A DNA stretch of 64,000 nt from Trichosphaerium sp. ATCC 40318 (lineage: Eukaryota > Protista > Tubulinea), in assembly GCA_038496445.1 (NCBI GenBank), contig JALMLS010000527.1, positions 11,147 through 75,146 of the forward strand, read 5' to 3'. Position 1 is the first letter of the stretch. Every line of letters starts with the position of its first letter. The translations under genes and the position numbers were made by a program. This document shows, piece by piece, positions 36,247 through 48,206 of the stretch. The notes under the pieces were generated by a model. That model was not told where the DNA came from. It made no database searches and was given only the letters and a program-made list of their open reading frames with translations.

Positions 36247-36800
36247 CGTTTGAGGTGTTTGATTGTTAAAAGAAGAAAGTACAAAAATAGAAATCAAGTT
36301 CGCTGTTAAGTACAGTTACATCTTGATAAAAGTAAAACCACTGTAACCTACCCTACAATGTACGCCAAGCAAAATATTGCAGTGTTGGTCTACGAAGTGT
36401 AACTGTCGCCAAGCCACATTTTTACAAACTAGTTGAGTCTTTTTCCTTGCACATAAATGCGTTAGTAGGGACTCGCAACTACAGTCAAGAGACTCATTGT
36501 ATCTAAGTACATGACAATATTGTGACACTTGCAACTCAGTCAGCGACTCATTATATCTAAGGGGAATGTTATAACACGGAAGTGTAAAGATGACTAGTTC
36601 GAATCTACAAATTGCTCTAATTCATTCCAGTCGCGTGGATAACGTCTGTTTAGGCGATTTGATCCACTATTAGCTGTTTTTTGTCACAATAAAATGACCG
36701 TTGGAAAATTTTTTTGTTTGACGAGAAAAACGAAAGTCTACAAATTTCGTTGTCAAATACTCGATCAACTGTATTTCGCGGTAGTCCACGCGTAATCACA

Positions 36801-39800
36801 AGTACGTTTCATTCGCGTTATCTAAACTCAATTATTTAATTTTCGATTGCTTTTTTTTCAAAACAGTGCTTAAACGATTCTCTTATACTCAATAGTGGCG
36901 GGAATACCAAGCGAAGAGCTCTTTGGAGATTTCCTACAAAAAGGTTTTGTAGACAAGACAGCCGTACTTACATACGAACCAAAGGAGAAAAAGGATGGTA
37001 TTAAGGTATGTTTACCATTGGTTTTGTGTTTTGCAAGTTGCTTTTTTCCTTACCACTTATTACGTATTTAGTTTCTAGTTGATGGACCAAAACACGAAGA
37101 ACCAGAGGTTTTTGATAACGGCGATGGTTCTTGGGATATCGGTACGTAATATGCCTTTTTTGGTTAATGTTGTCCCAATTGCAATATAAAACGCAAACAA
37201 ACAAACCTTATTTACGGAAATGTAGAGTGGACGCCAAAAGAGGCTGGAGACTTCTCAATCGTGGTAGTTGCAGATGGTGAAACAATCCCTGGTTGCCCGT
37301 TTATTTGTTCTGTCGCAGCTTGTACGCGACACAAATCCTTCAACGTAACACGAGCTTTCTGACTTTTTTTCTCCATAGCTGAAGAAGAAGCAATTGCAAA
37401 TCAAGGCGCTCTATCTGTAACAACAAAAGCATCCATTTTTGGGCCTGGCACGTGGGGAGAGAGTTTGACTGGCGATGGAGAAGCTCAATCTATCACTCTA
37501 GTACCACAGACAGCAGACGGTACAGTGTTTATAAATCAAGGCTTCTTGCTAATAAAAAAATAGGTGAAGCGATTTCATTGCAAGAAAAAGACTTAAACGT
37601 ACTTATTACAGGACCAGAAGGTGTATCTACAGAGGTATTCGATAACGGTGATGACTCATGGGACGTTGAGTTTGAGGTACTTCAAAATTAATCAAACAGT
37701 CTCTACTCATCTAACAATATTGCAAAGGCACCAAAGACAGAAGGCACATACAATCTTGTTTGCACATATCAAGGGAAGCCTTTATACGATCCAATACCTC
37801 TTGCTATTGGACCATCCAAACCTGCACCATCAGACAAGTTGTATTGTTTAATTGAAGGAAACAATCCCATTCATGATATTGATCGCGTTGCGTACACGAT
37901 CACATTCAAAGAAGAAGTAAAGGAAGAAGATATTTCAGTAACACTAGCAGCAGGTTCGTTCACTTTTTCTTTTTTTATTTGCTGAATACTCGTGTTGTTT
38001 ACATGTTACCCCCTAGGCGACATTAAAGTCATTGTTGAGCTTTATCCTATTGAAGCAGAAGACTTGGATGATGGCGTTGCAGCAGCTTATGATGTAGAGT
38101 TTGAACTAAAGGAAGAAGGATCGTATACCATGGATTTTGTAGTTCGCGGTGAAACAGTTGATGGATCTCCAATTAAGTTCGTCACCAAAGGTTACAAAGA
38201 AAACGCTAAAGAGTAAGTAATTACGAAATTAACAAGTACTAAGAGTATTATAGAGCAAAACCTGAAGTAGTAACGCCAGAGGTTGATGCTAAAGCAGAAG
38301 AAACAGCAGATGAAGAATCTGCTCCTGTTGAAGAAAACGTAGCAGAGGAAGAAGATGAGGAAGAAAAACGTGCAGAAGCTGAAGCTGAAGCTGCACGTAA
38401 AGCAAAAGAAGAGGAAGATCAGAAGGTTGCTGAGGAAGAAGCTGCACGTAAAGCTGCAGAAGAAGAGGCTGCAAAAAAAGCCGCTGAGGAAGAAGCTGAA
38501 CAAAAAGCAGAGCAAGAACGCATTGCAAAGGAAGCAGAAGAGGCTGCACAGAAGGCTGCAGAGGAAGCACAAAAGAATGAACCTTATCATCCTAACTGCA
38601 CCATTGAAGGTGACGGTCTTGATGCAGAAAAAATTAAGATAGGAAGTAAGAAATGGCCTTGCTTTAGTGTCACGTTCAAGAACAAAAACGGTACGATTCC
38701 TCAACAGATTCCTCCTTTTAATACTTTTTAAGGCGATGTTGTTAAAGTTCCAAAGCAATCAATACGAACTAGTGTCGATGGTCCTCTTTCACCTGAAACA
38801 CGTGTATTTGAGAACGGTAATGGGACATATGATGTTGAGTGGTGCCCAAAAGTACGATCTTGTGGATTTTTCTGTTTTGCTCTTATCTAAATGGTTTATT
38901 AGTGCCCTGGTAAACACTCTGTATTTGTACAATGGGGTGGCAAGAATGTTGGCGATAGCCCATTTGAGATTGAAGTCATTGATTGGCTAAAACGAAAGCT
39001 AGAAGAACAGAAAAAAAAGGAAGCAGAAGAGGCCGAACAAAAGGCCGCTGAGGAAGAGGCTGCACGTAAAGCCGCTGAAGAAGAAGCTGCTAAAAAAGCT
39101 GCTGAGGAAGAAGCAGCAAAAAAAGCTGCTGAAGAAGAAGCAGCTCGTAAAGCTGAGGAGGAAGAAGCTGCCAAAAAGGCCGCTGAGGAAGAGGCTACAC
39201 GTAAAGCCGCTGAAGAAGAAGCTGCTAAAAAAGCTGCTGAAGAAGAAGCTGCACGTAAGGCTGCAGAAGAAGAGGAAGCAAAGAAAGCACGAAAAGCAGA
39301 AGAAGAGGCTGCCAACAAAGCTGCTGAGGAAGAAGCTGCACGTAAAGCCGCTGAAGAAGAAGCAGCAAAAAAAGCTGCTGAAGAAGAAGCTGCTCGTAAA
39401 GCTGAGGAGGAAGAAGCTGCACGTAAAGCTGCTGAGGAAGAAGCTGCACAAAAAGCAGAACTCCAACGTAAAGAAGAAGCAGAGCAAAAAAAGAAGCAAG
39501 AGCTAGAAACTCAAAAGGCTGAAGAAGAGAAGAAACAAGCTGCCGAAGCAAATAAACCAATAGTATTGGAAACAACAACAAGGTACACCAATCATTTTTT
39601 ACAAAAGTCCTCGTTAACGCGACTTGTGTAGTGTCCAAGAAACCAAACCTCAAGAATTTGATAAATTCGTATTAGACGAAGAAATGCACTCAATACAAGA
39701 GCGTATTGATTACAACAAACGGGTACCTTTAACCTCTTTTTTTATTTCGCGTTGTGACCCTAATAAACTCTATAGATGTCACTAAAAGCAACAGCATCTG

Positions 39801-42333
39801 AGCCAGTAGTGCTAAACACTAAGTTCGTTGGTGGTACGTTTTTTATTTATGTAACAACAAAATATTTGTGGTATTTATTCCTTTTAGCTACTTCAGGAGG
39901 CGCCCAACCATCATTCTCCAAACCAGCTGCATCTCCATCACCAGCTGCATCGTCACCAAAGCCTGTATTTAGAGCAAAGCTAAAAGGAGCAGCATTAAAG
40001 GAGGCTGTACTCAGCCAAACAAACACATTCAAAATATTTGTAACTACGAATGGCGCTCCAGTTACACCAGATGCAATAAACACAGCCCAAATCAAAGTGA
40101 TCCTCACAAACGGCTATGTGAAATCCTATGGTACCTCTCTTATTTCTTTTGATTTATAGTTTTCGTACCCACAATGTTAGAGAACTAACTCCTTTACAGG
40201 TAACGTTGAAGCTGTGGGTAATGGTGAGTTTAATGCTCATTATACCCCACAATCAACTGGAACGTACATGCTTCAAGTGGAACTAAAGGGCAAACCAATT
40301 TTGGGAAAACAGCTACCTATTAATGTAGTGTTCAAGAGAACAACAGGTATATCAGCACCAAGAGTAGCTCAACCTCGTCCAACAGCATCAACTACAACCC
40401 CACAATTACAAGCAAGACAAAAAGCATGGGAACAAACAAAGAAACAAACTCCAATAAACCCAGCTGATAAGTCTACGCAACAAACAGCACCTACACAACC
40501 TACACAACAAGCAAAAGCGTCTACACCTAGTACGTGAAATACTAACGCATTACAGGAGTACTAAATCATCGTAGCAAATGAACGCAGCGCTCCTCTTTCT
40601 CTTGCAGAAAGAATGCAAGCATTCCAAAAACCAAAACAAAACCAACCACAAGCAAAAACCAAGGTACACATAAGCAGCTCATAGGTTTCGTCTGTTTAAC
40701 ACTTCTCCAGGCAAATAACCCTCCACCACCAACATATGGTGGCATTTTTGTAGCCAGCAAGCCTGGATCATCAACATCAGCAAGTGGAGCAAAACCAAGT
40801 ACAATTATACCCAAAAAAACAGATACAAAGTGGTGTTAACTCTGTTTTAGTTGTTTCAAGGATTTCCCCTGAGATTGAAGCAGCTCTTAGAGATCGTGGT
40901 GTAACATCTCCTACATTAGGACAACTTGGGTACTATCACAGACAACATTACGCCTATCTATGCGCTAATTCATTCAATAAGAAAATACTTGGAAAAACAT
41001 AACGTTGACTTTGATGCACTACAATTTTACGATCCACAAGAGATCAACGCTGCATTTAAAGAGGTGAATATAGCACCAAACCAAAGAGCAATGATAATTG
41101 GTATCATCAACAAACACTTAAAAGGTAACTCCAAGCGATAAAAGACCACTATAAACCTAGCTCATGCCTTTCCTTAGCTGGTAAACCAGCTCCTTCTGCT
41201 TCAGCAGAAACACCTACATACAACTCTATCAACAAAGAACCAGCGAAACCAAAAGCAGCCGCTTCAGCGACTCCTCAACTACCTCCTCCAGTTGACCTCA
41301 AATGCAGGATTATTGGTACGTCCAAGACTTTTTTTTGCCATACTAAAGACTAGTGATTAACGACTACGTTAAGGTATTAAAAGAGAATCAGAACTTGGTG
41401 ATGGTGTATCATTCACATTAACATTGTCAGATAAAAGTGACACAGCAACAGACTTACCTCTGGATGTCATACGTGTATCTGTAACTCTTCCTACTGGTTC
41501 TGATGAATCAGGTACGACACTTCTAACACAACAAAATCATCCTATCTTTTTGTTGTCTTAGTGTTATAACGTTAGTAATTACTCTCTTAGCAAACATTGA
41601 ACGTGTTGGTGCAGGTCAATACGATGTAACCTATAAACCAGCTAGTTCAGGAAAGCATTTGATGCAAGTATACCTAAGGTAAGTGTACACAAGCTGGTAA
41701 GTTCCGTTTTGTTAATTATTTACTAAGGGATAATCCTACTTTACCTAACCCATTCCAAATCACTATTGTCGACTCTAATGTACCAGCAAAAATGCCAGAA
41801 ACGTGGGACACCGTGATTTGTAATGTCCTTATTCAGAGTAGGTCACAAACGCGGAATGAAGGAGATACATCTCCAATAACATCAGCACGAAGCACTGATT
41901 CTGGTATGACAAACATTTAACTTTTATAGCTTTTTTGTAAGTATACTAAATAATGACTGTTATTGTTATAGTCTCTTCTTCAAAGTCAAAGAAGCTAAAG
42001 AAGCAAAAGAGTGGTAAGAAGCTAAAGAAAGAAGGTACGACTCATTCTCTTTGGTTTGTTTCTTTTTTGAAATAGACTATTATTGTTATCACGTGGTGTT
42101 AACACGTCATTGTTTTAGTGAAAGTCAAGGATAAAAAACAAAAAGACAAAGAGCCAAAGAAAGAAGCAAAGAAGGAGAAGGAAGGAAAGAAGGATAAAAA
42201 GAAGGATTCAAAGGATAAGAAAAAGCCAAAAAAAGATCCAAAGAAAGAAAAGGAAGCAAAGAGAGAAAAATCAAAGTCACTAAGAAAGAAAAAATCAAAG
42301 AAGCATGTTAACAAGGAAGGTATAAATAAATAA
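36801..42333 (+). CDS. Large filamin/ABP280-repeat protein with charged helical spacers and Lys-rich tail
   Basis: Repeated [17 protein letters not shown] / [13 protein letters not shown] / [16 protein letters not shown] motifs across many exons. Confidence 0.85.
38999..39550 (+). repeat. Coding 27-bp minisatellite (EEEAARKAA)n, probable single alpha helix
   Basis: Tandem GCTGARGAAGARGCTGCACGTAAA-like units. A shorter related tract lies at about 38345-38575. Confidence 0.9.
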
Positions 42334-42765
42334 CAAATTTTCACAAAAAAAAAACAAGACTTTGATTGTAGACTTGCTTGTACGCTTAATATAAATCTTC
42401 AAAAATGAATCAAAGTTCATAGCTCCACATCATACGGTAACATACAATCGAACCACAGTAAAAAACAGCGGTTAAGTTGTACTTCTACTGTTATCGCTGG
42501 CGGGTCTGTAGTTGGTGCCTCAGTTGTTGAGTGACTAAGGTTGGAGCTTCAGGCAAGTACCGCGCATACTATTAGTGACAAATACTTATTTATGTTCACT
42601 ACTATGCCACGCCAATTACTTTCATATTTTTCCTTGTTTTGTGCGGTGAACAGCTGTACAAAACCGGTTACCAAAAAAGCTCAAAGCGTCATCACGTGCC
42701 TTAAAAAAACGTGCTCTTTCGTATTGTTCAAAAAACCACATTCCTCCTTAGTACAACACCTTATC

Positions 42766-44559
42766 ATGAGTTTGAGACTTGAAACATCGGATTACATACA
42801 TCTACTCAGTAGAAAAGGTAAATCGCTTAAATCAAACCCACTTCGTTCTCTAGATGCCATATGTAAAGCAGACGCTGAAATGGTGAGCCTTTTAGCCAAA
42901 TAAAGTTTATACCTTAAAACCAATTTCTCTATAGATTAACCTTGGGGGCGGGCTACCTCAGCCAAGTGCTATACCTATCGAGGGTATAACGATCAAATTG
43001 AAGTCAGGTAAAGCCGGGAGAACGAAAAATCATTTGTGATGTCAGTTAACAACTCGTAGGTGAATCTTTTGATGTTTCTTCACCTATGGTTGCGAAAGGT
43101 GTAAACTATTCCACAACTGTAAGTAAAATGTCTAACAAGTGTCAAAGTACTAACTGTTCTCCGTAAAGAAAGGCATACTTGAGTTAACAGACTACCTCAT
43201 TGAGTACCAAAAAGAGCTACATAGTCCACATGGCAACTGGGACGTTTGCACACTTGCTGGTAGATACACATTTTCGTAGACTTCAAAGTCACCCTTAATA
43301 GGAAGTAAGGATGGTATCAACAAAATCATGAGAATTTTTACAGAACCAGGAGACACCATACTATGTGCAGAACCACTTTATGCGTTAAGTTCTATTCATG
43401 TTTACTATCATTTTTATTATACTTTCATAGAGAGCTTATTTTAGCCATTAGTGGAGCAAAGGCTACACGAGATCAATGTATTTGGCATGGTATCCCTACA
43501 GATGAGCATGGTATTCAAACAGAGACATTACGGAAGACGCTTGATAATTGGTCTAAAGACGACAATAAACCAAAGGTTTTGTTTGTTTTTGTCTTTCATC
43601 ATAACGCTGATTTTTAGGTTCTTTACATAGTACCAACAGGTCAAAATCCTACAGGGAGTATTTTATCGTATAAAAGACGTCAAGAATTATTGAAAATAGC
43701 TTCAGATCATAATCTAATAATCATTGAAGATGATCCTTATTGGTTCGTAGAATTTTCTTATTTACACTTTGGAAAAGAGTCTCACAATAATATTAGGTAT
43801 GTTTGTCTTGGAACCGAACAGCCAATTGAAAGCTTGTTATCTATGGATACAGAAGGTCGAGTATTAAGGCTGGACTCTTTTAGCAAATTTTTAGCACCTG
43901 GACTACGCCTTGGTTGGATTACAGGCCCAAAGTTTTTGGTTGATTTAATAGAACTAGTGAATCAAGCAGATGTTATTCATCCTTCTGGTATTTTCTTCGT
44001 TTTAAACACATCTGTTTTCCTTAGTTGTAATACCTATTTATATTAGGTGTCAGTCAAGCCATTGCGTTATCAATACTACAATATTGGGGAAAGGAAGGCA
44101 TAGCAAAGCATTCTGAGCATATAAGAAAATTATATACTGCGAAAAGAGATGCTTTGATTTCTGCATGTGACGAGTACCTCAAAGGCTTAGCAACGTGGGA
44201 TGTTCCTAAAGGAGGAATGTTCGTGTGGTTAAATTTAATTGGTGTTGAAGACACTGAGGAACTTGTACGCAAAGAAGCAGTAGCATCAAAGGTAAGCCGT
44301 TTTAATACAAAAAAGATTGTCTCAACGTTTTAGGTACTGCTCATGTGGGGATCACCTTACATGGCTTCAGGGCGAAAATCATCATGTATACGGGTGTCAT
44401 ATTCTATGGCATCTATAGAGGTGCGAGTTTGTTTCATGTGAATATTGTATTTATAGTGTATTTCTTTTCCTGTTGATCACGTGATTTGTTATTTAGGATA
44501 TGAAAGAAGGTATAAAGAGACTTGCAAGTATTCTAAAAGAAAGGAAAAAGTTAAAATAA
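42766..44559 (+). CDS. PLP-dependent class I aminotransferase, AADAT/Aro8-like
   Basis: INLGGGLP, YIVPTGQNPTG, IIEDDPY, RLDSFSKFLAPGLRLGW and VPKGGMFVW. Confidence 0.93.
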
Positions 44560-44775
44560 AGCAGAGTAATGAGCCTAGTTTGTTAGGAAACAACAAACAC
44601 CACATGACTAAAAAGCTGTTAACGAGAAGCTAAAAATAAATTCTGTACCCTTACCAATGTGGCTTATGTTGTAGCGTTATGTAACTTTTTCCTTTGTGAT
44701 GATAAAAATTGTAGTTTATTTCTATTTTACACAAACCGTTGTCACAAGGGGTTTTTTTCAGGCTTCGATTTAGGG

Positions 44776-45596
44776 TCACATGTATTTGTATCGGTTAACT
44801 ATTGCTTCATTAACACTATACAACCCGGTCCATCTAGTCTCTACTGCTTTTGTGCGTTGATTTTGATGTGTTGCACCAAAAACTGAGCTTGAAGGAGCTC
44901 TTGATGAAGTACTCTTGAGAGTTTCTTGCTTAGATAGCCAAGCTTTTACATACGGCCTAGCATGCCAATTTCCTTTGTCATCAGAAGAAAACATGAAATA
45001 AGATTCTATACTCATCAAAGACAAGAGGGAAGAGTTTACCCAATGCTCCAAAATGCCTATAAGTTTATCTCTCATAATTTCTTCTGAGTTACTTCTACCA
45101 TCCCATAGATCATAACAGTGCCCAACTGCCTTTGAAACAAGAGCCCTTTCATCACTTTTATCCTGCAAGCTATTAATAACAGTTCGCGTGGCAACACAAA
45201 AAAAACCAGAAGTGCACTTCTAGGAGTTGTGGGTTACCTTAACAATGCGTGGTAAATAGTAATCCAATTCCATTAAAAAAGTCGTGCCAGTACGAGATGC
45301 CTCGTACTTTTTAAGGATCGTCGATAGTATTTTATTATTCTTGCTTGGTTGTGTATTGCATATCTATAGCGTTATAAGCAAACTCATGCGGAAAAAAAAA
45401 ATGGGGTACGTACTTTGTATTTTAATTTTTCTGTGATATTTTTGGGTTTTCCACAGTGTGGTAGCGATGATAGTACGAACTTGCACGTTATTGAGAGGCT
45501 GTAGTGTTCGTATGATGATCTTTCAAAATACTGAAGTATGTAGTACCAAATTTCTACAGGTAACAGTGTATACGCGTGTTCCATGTCGTGTTGCAT
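44776..45596 (-). CDS. F-box-like protein
   Basis: N-terminus LLPVEIWYYILQYF..LSITCK, two introns, unrecognised C-terminal region. Confidence 0.65.
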
Positions 45597-45777
45597 TAAA
45601 TAACAATATTATTGGGGTTTAGGTTAACACCAGCAGCAAGTTGCAGTCTTCAATTAAGTGAACTGAATGTTGTTTACTTTACTAACTTTTTTTCCGCAAA
45701 AAAAACGTGTTTAGTACAACATTCTCCGCTCCATTTTCTCTAGTCGCCGGTAATTTTTTCTGTACTTACTCTGAAGC

Positions 45778-46335
45778 ATGCAATACGTGATTTTTGCGCT
45801 TTGTGTATTATGTATAGGCGTTACAAGCGGAAAATATACTGTCCGCTCTTTACTTCAAACCACAGCGGCTCCGACTACTGCCAACGTGACTGTTAATGAA
45901 ACTATACCTTGCGGCCAATTAACTTGTATTGCTGGCGCCGAAACATGCTGTAAAAATGGTTTAGTATCAACATGCATACCCGTTGGGTTCGCTTGTTGCG
46001 GGTGCCAAGGCGTACGCTTACAATTTCACACGTGTAACCATATTAACCAAACCAAGGTTAAATGTTGCGCTTGCGAGCTTGTTGGTGATTCTGGTGATGG
46101 TGACGAACGAGAATGTGTTGCTGGATGTAATTTAGAAGATTGTTCTGACTGCTGCATCAGTACGTACCTATAAGTACTTCTCATACGCTAACAACTATCA
46201 GGACGCGAACCTGATGACGTTGATGACGACGACGAAGACAGTGACACTACGATAGTGCTAATCAACAATGGTGTGAGTCTTCACATTGCACTACACGCCA
46301 CAATTTTAACTGTTTTGGCCATTCTCTGTCTATAA
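45778..46335 (+). CDS. Secreted cysteine-rich protein, probably GPI-anchored
   Basis: Signal peptide, CG..C..CC..C..CC pattern, acidic spacer and hydrophobic C-terminal tail. Confidence 0.75.
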
Positions 46336-46486
46336 CGCCTTTTTTGTACAAAATAGAAAGTTTTCTCCTAGTCGCCATTGTAACTAACTCAAATACAACC
46401 AAACAAAGAAATAGTACGTGAAAAGCATTTCGCGTTTTAAAAATACATTAAAAATCAGATTGCGTTTACACCAAATCTACAATTTT

Positions 46487-48063
46487 CTACAACACACCAG
46501 CGTCACTATTCTCAACAGACGATTCATCTGCTTCATTAAATAATATTTGTGACTTTGCACTATTAGATTGCGTCTAGAGATAGATGTAAGCATCAGTATA
46601 AGTAAATACCTTTTGTCAAATAGTTTGGTTTTTTTTTTGTAGATTGTATTCAAATTGTAGCAATGTACCTTTTGCAATGCTGACGTCCATGAGTGTTGGT
46701 TTGTTAGCGATGTAAATGCTATAAACCACGCCTTATCAACTTGTTGATTATAAATCTTTACGCAATGCTTCATACTACGTAATCGCGTTGCTTCTATAGA
46801 ACTACCATCCAATGGTATGTTTTTACACGTTTTTTTCCTTTGTCTATCACGAACAGACCAACAATTTAATCTACCATCGCTAAGTTCTACTTGTTGTAGC
46901 TTCCACCTCTTTGAACCCCAAAATCGACTTTTAACTAATAAATGTAAATTCTCCAACTTTTTCTCTTTAAGTCTTCTCCCAGTCTTAGGGCTTCCTCTAG
47001 CGGAAAGGCTTTCTGTCAACTTTGTAAGTTCCTTAGATTGCCTATTTAACTTTTGCTCTTGCTTAAGAGCTGCATCTCTAAGAGATCTAAGCTCTGCTCC
47101 TTGTCTCGATGATCTCTTGCTCCTACTGGAGCTTTTTGGGCTAGATATCTTATTAAGCCCTGTGTCTAGCGACAGTGTACGCTTGTTTGTCAATCCAGAA
47201 GCCGACGCCTAGAAAAACAGAGCGGTCAGCTTGTAAGCGTTTGTTTGCATCGTACACGACGTCTAGCTCTTCGTTTTTCGGTTGGCATATCTTGAACTTG
47301 TATTTCTCTTGGACTTAAAGAACTTCTTCGTTTGCCTGGTATTGGGACACCTGTTTGCATGTCTACAACTGGTCCTCGTTCAATTCTTCTTTTTGACAAC
47401 ACTTCACTATCTGAATGATATTTTAAACGCTTTGAATCGCGAATAGAATCTTCGCTATCAGAATGCTCAGCCTACAAGAAAAGAATGGCAAAATTAGCTG
47501 AAGAGGTGACAGATGAAGGATTTTTCGGCTTTGTTATTCTCTTACCTCTCCAATTTCAACAGTGAGCGGATTCATTGCGAAGTCAGCAATAGTTACAGCA
47601 ATTTGGTAATCTCCTGGACTTAGCGGAGTCCAGCGTACAATAACCGTTCCATCCTTTCTGGCGCGTTTTCTAGACGGTACCTACATGTATTTAAGCCTTT
47701 TGAGCCAATTTTTGTCACTCTGTACCGCTGCATCAGGACCACTTATAGCCACACGCACTTCATCCAGTTTATATACCTCTGCAGGGTCCTTTTGAGTAAT
47801 TTTAATTACCTGCGGAATTCCGACCTAAAATTACAACGTTTGCTTAATTTCTCTTCGCTACTGGCGTACTCTTTGCGAGCCGTCGTCAAGTTGTATCCCA
47901 AATACTTTTTTTCCTTTTGCACAATTAGAAATATTACTACCTAAAATAAACCAGCGGGCTTGCAATACGTACCTTGTGCATTTGATAAGAAATGGTATCC
48001 AGCAAACGATACAGTATTCTTACGAATGTGCGCAAGGGACGTTGGGGAGTCTTTACTACTCAT
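46487..48063 (-). CDS. Filamin-repeat + coiled-coil + PH domain protein
   Basis: Filamin fold RVAISGP..DGTVIVRWTPLSPGDYQIAV and PH domain LLVKSRFWGSKRWK..IPLDGSSI..WTSALQK. Confidence 0.78.
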
Positions 48064-48206
48064 TGTATGTCACTGGGTACATGCTACAGTACAGTACGCT
48101 AGAGTACAGCTTAACGAGCATTGATAAGTTTGCCTGTGTATTTCTGAACAGTTTTCCCACCTCGCACTGTGATCATCACCTCGCCTGTTTTGAGGTATTG
48201 AGATGA

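Noticed and set aside
38192-39653. Long antisense ORFs rich in F/S/L/A
   Set aside because: These are shadow frames of the low-complexity EEEAARKAA repeat.
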